DNA of 64,000 bases, taken from positions 135,222,001-135,286,000 of the forward strand of contig OZ024740.1 of NCBI GenBank assembly GCA_964016885.1, written 5' to 3'. Numbering within the stretch: the first letter of the stretch is position 1; every line of letters starts with the position of its first letter. The notes below the pieces were generated by a model. The model saw only the letters and a list, made by a program, of their open reading frames with translations, was not told where the DNA came from and searched no databases. A program made the translations under genes and the position numbers. Source of the DNA: Eledone cirrhosa (lineage: Eukaryota). Positions 56,502 to 64,000 of the stretch are shown in pieces.

Positions 56502-57530
56502 ATCATCATCATTGTTTAACATCCGTTTTCCACGCTAGCATGGGTTAGATGGGTTATCCCATATGAAGCAAGTTGGGTCAGGTGACCATGTCTTACTCAT
56601 ACAGAACTGTTTCTGGCTTGATTTCTATGGCTGAATGCATTTCCTAACATCAACCTCATTTATGCGCTGGGTGCTTTTTGTCATGGCACCGAAATAACCA
56701 CTTTACCATATGGACTGGGGACTTTGGTTGGGGAGGTGTATGGGGGATTGGGGAAGTAGGTATAGGAGCGTGTGTGAGGGGCAGAGTATTAGGACATGTA
56801 TTGGGTGTTAGGACATGGGAGGTGTATGGAATGGAGGATAGAGGCAAAGGTGGTGCATACTAGATGTATGCTTCAGCCTGTGCTCATGAGAAGGCGGGAC
56901 TTCTGTATTACTGCATAACACCAGAAATCTCAGTCCTGTCATCACCTTTGAGAGGTACAATTGTGCAAGGTCAGCTTTTACAGCTCATTCCAAATCTTCC
57001 TGGGTCTTCTTACTTCATAGCTTCCATCAACTTTGATTGCCCTACACCTTTTTATATAGCAGTCATCCTGCATACACACCACATGTCCATACCAATGCAA
57101 TCTCCTCTCCTGCACATTGAATCTGATCCCTCTTATGCCTAGTTTATCTCTCAGTTCATTTACGCTTTGCCATTCATGTATATTACTATTACACATCCAT
57201 CAGTGCATGCAGGCTTTATTTCTTTCCAATCTGCACACAGTACACAAGTATCATTATAATGCAACATTGCAGTTTGTATACATGCATCATATAATCTGCT
57301 CTTCATTTTGAGAGAAAAACTTTTTGTAGCCAGCAGTGGTAGTAGCTCCTTGAACTTTCTCGATCCCGTTCTCACCCTGGCTATTGTACTTTCGGAACAC
57401 CTTCCTCCACTGCTAATTTGATCACCTAAATAACAGAAACTATTGGCTACTTCTACAGAACCCTCTAGGCATTTGAAGGAGCTAGTATCCTGTTGGATCT
57501 TACTACTTACTGCCCCTACTGAGTGTCGGA
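56502..57530 (-). mobile_element. Older RTE LINE 3' fragment
   Basis: RTGSRKFKELLPLLATK..RLYDACIQTAMLH; QERRLHWYGHV..RPRKIW; 3' UTR and (GAT)n tail. Confidence 0.85.
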
Positions 57531-58104
57531 TACCATGCTTCGCAGCAGAGAGTTACAGTCCTTTACGTTCTGAGTTCAAATTGCGCCGGGGTTAGCTTTT
57601 CCTTTCAGCCTTATGGGGTTGATAAAATAAAGTACCAGTGAGTACTGGGGTCGAGTTAATCGACTTTCCCCTCCCTTTCAAATTGCTGGCTTTGTGCCTA
57701 AAGTAGAAACAATTATTTCAGAAAAGACTAGCTTCACTTCCTCCACACAACTACTATGTCAGTTGTTTTCAGATTTGAGATGCATCAGACAACAATTATT
57801 ACAATATATCCTCACCACTGTCAGTACATAGCTTATCTACTTATCATCAAAACTCATGACAACATGAAAATCTGGATGTTTTACACCCAAAATCAAGAAT
57901 CAGAGAAGCCTGTGTGTGAACCCACAAGATAATCATACAAGAACATTGGGAACTTTTGGACATTGGGTACTTTTATCTGCTAAAAATATTTGTACTCACT
58001 ATAAAATTTGCTGAAGGGCTTCAAGTAAAGTTTGAAAGGGCAGGCTTGAGTTAGCAAGTTTACAAGTTAGCAGAGCCAATAACAATTTAAAAAAAAAAAA
58101 ATAT

Positions 58105-58167
<63 letters not shown>

Positions 58168-58544
58168 TGGTTACAGTGTATACCCCATAGGAAATTTCTT
58201 CAGTGTTTTAATGGTATGAGTCTTAGTTCTGTCATGTTAACATTTTTCCAGTGACAAGAATTTAGAATACACAGAGCCAGACAAATACTTTTTATTTTTA
58301 CTGTTTAGTCAACAAGGGAAGGGTAATGCTCATGATCCTTTTCATGGCCTCTGAGACTGGTGTGAGGGAGGATGGTATCTTCAAATTGGATATGGTAATC
58401 ATTCTACTGATCTTCATCAAAATGCTAAGCTGTGGACTATATTTTGATGAGGGACATAAACAAATAGCCTTGCTTGTTTAAACAGCATCACAAAGAGAAT
58501 ATATTGAGATAAACAGACACATACAGACACACACATATATGTCA

Positions 58545-58702
58545 AGCTTTTTTACAGTTTCTATCTACCAAATTCACTCACAAGGTATGATATCAGTCAA
58601 CACAAGGCTACAGTAGAAGACATCAGTCCAAGGTTTCATGCAGTGGAATTGAACATAAAAACACTTGGTTGTGAAGCAAACTTCTTAAACACACAGCCAT
58701 GT
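58545..58702 (-). mobile_element. SINE family D (tRNA head ..ccactgcatg..cttgg..tgtcttctact)
   Basis: Related copy at 44290-44435; A/B-box-like head. Confidence 0.6.
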
Positions 58703-61700
58703 TATGAGCAGAATATACATTTCCATTGACACAGACAATTTATAAGAAGATAATATATGTTGGATGAAATACTACCCAATGTTAATAGTGAAGAATAAAT
58801 ATGGAATAAACTGAGAATGCTGGAGTTAACAGATGTGATACCATATAATTCATACATGTGAAAAATAATGAAGATTTGCAGAGCCATTCAATCATCATCA
58901 TGATTATCATCATCATTTAACGTCCACTTTCCCTGTTAGAAAGGGTTGGATGGGTCTATATAGATCAAGTCAGTCCTGAAGCAGGGCTACTGACCTCCCA
59001 TACAGGCTGAGGGGTCTGTATCCCACCTACGTATGGTCATGTTGAGTGCAGAAGAGAAGTTGTGTCTTTTGACACAAACTGAAGGGCCTCGCAACCATAC
59101 TGGTATCATAAAACAAACCCTAAATTAATCATGAATATTTAAAATCATATATGACGTACATGATATCAAATAATTCAGAAAAATGATATAATTATTATAG
59201 TGATATTGGATAATATCAGTGATTTTATATATAAGATAACCTAAAATGTTTGAGAGATATGTTTGTCTTATATTTACATATATACAACATAATACATAAC
59301 CTTTTAGTATTACACAGTATAAAGTATTTTTTCAATGCTTAATTTTCTTTTGTGTGTTGGGGGTAGTGTACACACACATATCTTCTCTTCTACTTGTTTC
59401 AAACATTATTCCTTGGTTGGCTATTGATACATGGAGGAGTTTGACACTGCCATTCACAGTTGTGTTTCTTGCCATGCTGTAGGCAGAATATCAAGATGCT
59501 TCTTGAAAATATCTACAATCACTCCAGGTAGATCTCTCAGGTTTTTGGCAGCATATTAAAGAGCTAGGACCCCTTATTCTAGATGTGGAGGATGGGACCC
59601 TTGGCACTATGCAGTGGCACTAGCAGCTGGCACCTAAAAGGGCATCCAGCTATATAAAACTACCTAAAGAAATCTTGTTTAACCATGCTAGCAAGGAAAA
59701 GTGGATATGATAATGATAATGGGGGTGATGCTGATGATGGTAGTAGTGGTGATGATGGTGGTGGTGGTGATGATGATAGTGGCAGTGGTGGTGATGATGA
59801 TGATGGCAGCTTAATGTTACATGGAATAACATCAGATCTTGCTGCTGATTCAGCTATTTGATTCCATGTTCTATAGTTTCAGAATCTCCATTTAATATCA
59901 ATTAGTGTCAACATCAAATATATTTATTTCCCTATACCAAAGAAAAGGAATCAACAACAAATATCAAGATATCTACTCTAGCATGAACATCCATGTGTAT
60001 GTGTGTGTGTATATGAGTGAATGAGTATGTATGTGTATGTATGAGTGTGCCTGTGTGCAAGTGTATGAGTGTGCCTGTGTGCAAGTGTGTTTGTGTTCAA
60101 GTCTGTGAGTGTACGAATGTGGAAGCATGCACAGTAATCACAGAGAAAATAGATTTAAAGTTACTCAAGGTAATTATTATTGCAAGAATATGATGGTGAT
60201 GGTGGTAGTGATGGTGGTGGATATGGAAGTACTGCTGCTTTTGTTGTGACAGTCAGAAACATACCATATATACTTGAATATAAGTTGCCCCCACTATTTT
60301 ATGTCTGGGAAATGGGCAAAAATCCAAACTTCTTTATAAGCCAAGCCAGCTAATCAACACAATATGTTTAGATGACATGGTTTTGAAATTCTCATGAGTA
60401 TAAGATATATATATAAAGTTTTAATATTTTGATGTTTAAAATGTTTCAAGTGTTGTTTAGAATATAATTTCTGTTTCACAACTTATGTAATGCTTTTTTA
60501 CCATTTCATCCGTTTTATAAAGTTTCAACAAGTTTCTTGAATGTTTGTTTACTTCTGGCTACTCACATGCAAGAGAGAGCAAGAGCAATAAAACAAGTCA
60601 GAAGTAAGATTTCAATCTTACATAAGATTGAAAGAAAAAGTATAAAATCATAGAAAAAAAACAAAAAAACGTGTGTGCCCATGTGTGTGTGTGTGTGTAG
60701 GAAATGTTTATTTATAAAAAAAAAGTTCAAATTATAAATATTTGTTAGAAATATTTTCAAGGGAATGCATAAATAACACTAATGATGCTTTAGTAAATGT
60801 AGAAAAAACAGTGTTTATAGTAAAATAATCACTCCAGATATTTTAGCACCTTATTTATGTAGAATTTGAAGTTGGTTAAAATCGAATATAATCCACCCTC
60901 CCTCACATTTTACCATTGATTTTTATTCCTTGGTTTACATATAAATATATATGGTAAATATAATTATATGAGACATTTTGCTATCAACTTGTAATTGACT
61001 ATGAAGCAGAAAGTATCAAAGTTGTTATGTATTTGTGAATGTTAATGTCAAATTAAGCAGCCGCAGCATAGCCAGCAATAGCACAACATGACAGAGTCAA
61101 CATGGTTGCTTGACCTACTAGAAATAGCAGTCAAATTTTCCTAAAATCACCCCTTACGATATTATCCCTTTCATTAAAACATTTTAAATGGAAGATACTG
61201 CATATGTCTTTCAAATCATTTTGAAATTAATCAAGAATTTGGAAGGATTTAGTAACTTACTTTCTCATTTTAAAGCTTTATTTGAAATAACAAAGTTTCC
61301 TACATAGAATTATCAAGGAAGGTCTTTAGCTAAATATAAACACTTTAAAATAAACAGTTTTGTACTGTGGGGTTGGTTTCAGGCAGTGTGGCATCAAAAG
61401 AGTTAAGTAATGAGAGGACATATTAGTATGCAGAGTTAGATACCCCTAAAATATGGGAGAGTCATGGCTGGAGTGCCTTTGATCATATACTTACTCAATC
61501 AGGTTTGAGCTGTGACTAAACAACATTACTAACATCAGCAGCATCACCACCCTTATCTTTACTAACAACAGAATCATCCTTATTCAACCATTCTAATCAT
61601 TGAAACAAGGTGGCAAAGTTGATATTTTAAAGGACTATCAACTGTAAGGTGTTGAGTTCATTTCATAACAAAAGCGATACACTTAATTCTACATTGCTTT

Positions 61701-62559
61701 CAAACTAGATTTTGCAAAGAGATACAGATATTACCCGACAGTCTCAGATTATTCTTCAGTAGTTTAGTCTACCTTGTTACTTATTGCCATAAAAGAAACT
61801 TTTAAAAGCTGCTCAGGATTTAGGAGAAGTAACACAATTACATTTTTATATTATTCTTACCATTATCAATTTCCATATGGCCATAACAATCAACAACAAC
61901 TGCCATTACAACCATAGTTATTACGAGCAAATCTGGGTTCATTTTAACTGTGCTTCACCTTAGACAAGTGCTTTTTATTATAGCTTCATGTTGAGTAAAA
62001 TTGAATGGACAGAAACTGTGGAACCCTGTTAAATAGACTGGACAATATCTGTTCTTTGGGGGTGGACTTAATCCATTGTCAGGTTTAAGACTATAGCTGG
62101 GTCTTTGGGAATCTTTAGAGGAGTTCACACTGTTCAAACATTCAGACAGAATCTAGTTTGGTGTTATACGTTCTTCTTCCTTTTCTCCCACCAGTCTCAG
62201 ATACCCTATATAATGTCTTCGGCCCAACACTTCCACCTCTGGCAAAGCCATAAAAAATATATGCAATAAAATAGTGTATCATGTTATGTAAGGAATAGAG
62301 TAGAACTGGAGTATAATTCCTATTGGAGGAGATTAGACATTTTAGAATAATTGAATCTGAATAATTCTTGGAAGAATAGAGAAGTATAAGCCCGAGAATG
62401 AAAAAGTGATTTGTGAAACACTTGAGTAGGTCCAAGAGTGAAATATTGATTGTATAGCACAGCAACAGCCTTAAGTATTAAGTAGCAATTTTTGTGGGAC
62501 AGAATCAGACACGTGAATGAAATACTCATTTCATAGTACAGGAACATTTCATAGTACAG

Positions 62560-62736
62560 AGTGAAGTACCAATTTTTTAGTAGAAAAACAGGTCTAATTG
62601 TGAACTAACAATTTTTATAGCAAAAAAACAGGCCTGAGAATGAACTAGCAATTTTTATAACATAAAAACAGACCCAAGAATGAAGTAGCGATTTTTGTAG
62701 CATAGAAACAAGCCCGAGAATGCACTAGCGATTTTT
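62560..62736. repeat. Tandem repeat of about 40 bp (4-5 copies)
   Basis: Unit gaatgaa(c/g)tagcgattttt..aaaacaggcccga. Confidence 0.75.
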
Positions 62737-64000
62737 GTTTGAAGAGTTTAGTGTAAAAGTTGGTGTTCATCAGGGCTCTGTTCTTAGCCCCCTACTATTT
62801 ATTATTGCCCTCCAGGCTATAACAGTGGAGTTCAAGACCGGCTGCCCATGGGAACTCCTATACGCAGATGATCTAACGCTCATAGCTGAATCAATGGCCG
62901 AGCTAGAGAAGAAATTCCAAACATGGAAGCACGGCCTAGAATCAAAAGGCCTTAAAATTAACCTAGCTAAGACTAAAGTTCTAGTTTGTAAGAAAGAAAA
63001 TAAGGCGGCGGTCCCCTCGGGGAAGTGGCCATGCGCAGAGTGTAGGAAAGGCGTAGGGAGAAATTCCATTTTGTGTCCCAAATGCAAAGTTTGGGTGCAT
63101 AAAAGATGTAGTGGGATCACAGGTAAGTTAATTAAGAACATAGATTTTACATGTGGCCGGTGTTCTGGGAATATAAGTAGCAGCAAGTGCCCACAAAATA
63201 CTAGCTCTTTCAACTGCGAAGAGGGTTCTATAGAAATAGTGGACAGCTTCCATTACCTGGGTGAAAAAATCAGCAGTGGGGGAGGGTGCTCTGAAAGTAC
63301 AGTAGCTAGAGTCAGAACTGGGTGGAAAAAGTTCAGAGAGCTTATACCACTATTAGCCGCTAAAGGGTTCTCCCTAAAAATGAAAGGCAGGCTGTACGAT
63401 GCCTGCATACAAACAGCAATGTTGCATGGCAGTGAGACCTGGGCATTGTATGCAGAGGATATACGCAGACTAGAGAGAAACGAAGCTTGCATGCTCCGCT
63501 GGATGTGTAATAGTAATATACGTGAACGACAAAGCATAAACGAACTAAGGAAAAAATTAGAAATAAGAGGGATCAGATGTTGTTTACTAGAGAGAAGGCT
63601 ACGTTGGTATGGTCACGTGATGCGTATGAAGGATGATAGCTGTATAACAAAGTGCAGGGCAATAAAGATAGACGGTAGCCACGGAATAGGCAGACCCAGA
63701 AAAACCTGGGACGAGCTGATAAACTCCGACCTCACACACTTACACCTCACCAAGACAATGTCACTGGACCGAGACCTTTGGCGGTACTCAGTAATAGAGA
63801 AGACCCGCCTTGCCAGTAGGCATCTCTAACAAAATACACCCCGTCCCACCACCACCACCACCCCCACCCCATCCACACCACCCCGTTCTATGTAAAGTTA
63901 TGTTGGTGCCGCGCCATCCAGGCCGAAACAAATGAGATCGTGTAGGTGTCACGACAAAAAAACACACAGTATACGCTGTAATGTGGCCGTGTAGGCAACA
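62737..64000 (+). mobile_element. Young 5'-truncated RTE LINE (uninterrupted RT C-terminal half with PHD; 3' UTR runs off the window)
   Basis: ORF 62735-63829: GVHQGSVLSPLLF, YADD, CAEC..CPKC..HKRC..CGRC, FHYLG, GRPRKTW. Closely similar to 52500-53770. Confidence 0.95.

Noticed and set aside
59650-59832. Poly-His ORF
   Set aside because: Translation of a (GAT/GGT)n tail of an RTE-type repeat.
61955-62250. Higher-complexity minus-strand ORFs
   Set aside because: Interrupted by a stop and only vaguely LINE-like; no assignable product.

Overview
AT-rich, repeat-dense eukaryotic (animal) DNA. The SINE/RTE-LINE/(TA)n landscape is most consistent with a cephalopod (octopus-like) genome; this is an inference. 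Only one host gene is well supported: a minus-strand, two-coding-exon NHL-repeat (beta-propeller) protein of about 320 aa (42967-42805 joined to 42254-41455), preceded by two stop/start-overlapping upstream ORFs. The rest is transposon debris: at least 7 RTE-clade LINE fragments (one lineage has a PHD-type zinc finger inside the RT region), CR1 and R4/Dong-like fragments, two mariner remnants, piggyBac- and Tc1-type MITEs, several tRNA-derived SINE families with target-site duplications, and a heavily decayed Helitron-type PIF1 helicase that the ORF track misses. An approximately 8.5-kb (TA)n/TACA microsatellite (27.9-36.4 kb) accounts for all the long Y/I/M/H/T 'ORFs'. The most notable hidden structure is a series of type I hammerhead-ribozyme motifs, two with an intact catalytic core (14729-14872 and 33446-33488) and several decayed. 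They are associated with fold-back hairpins, inverted repeats and a GIY-YIG-like remnant, which points to Penelope-like or retrozyme-type elements. All identifications were made by eye, without database searches.
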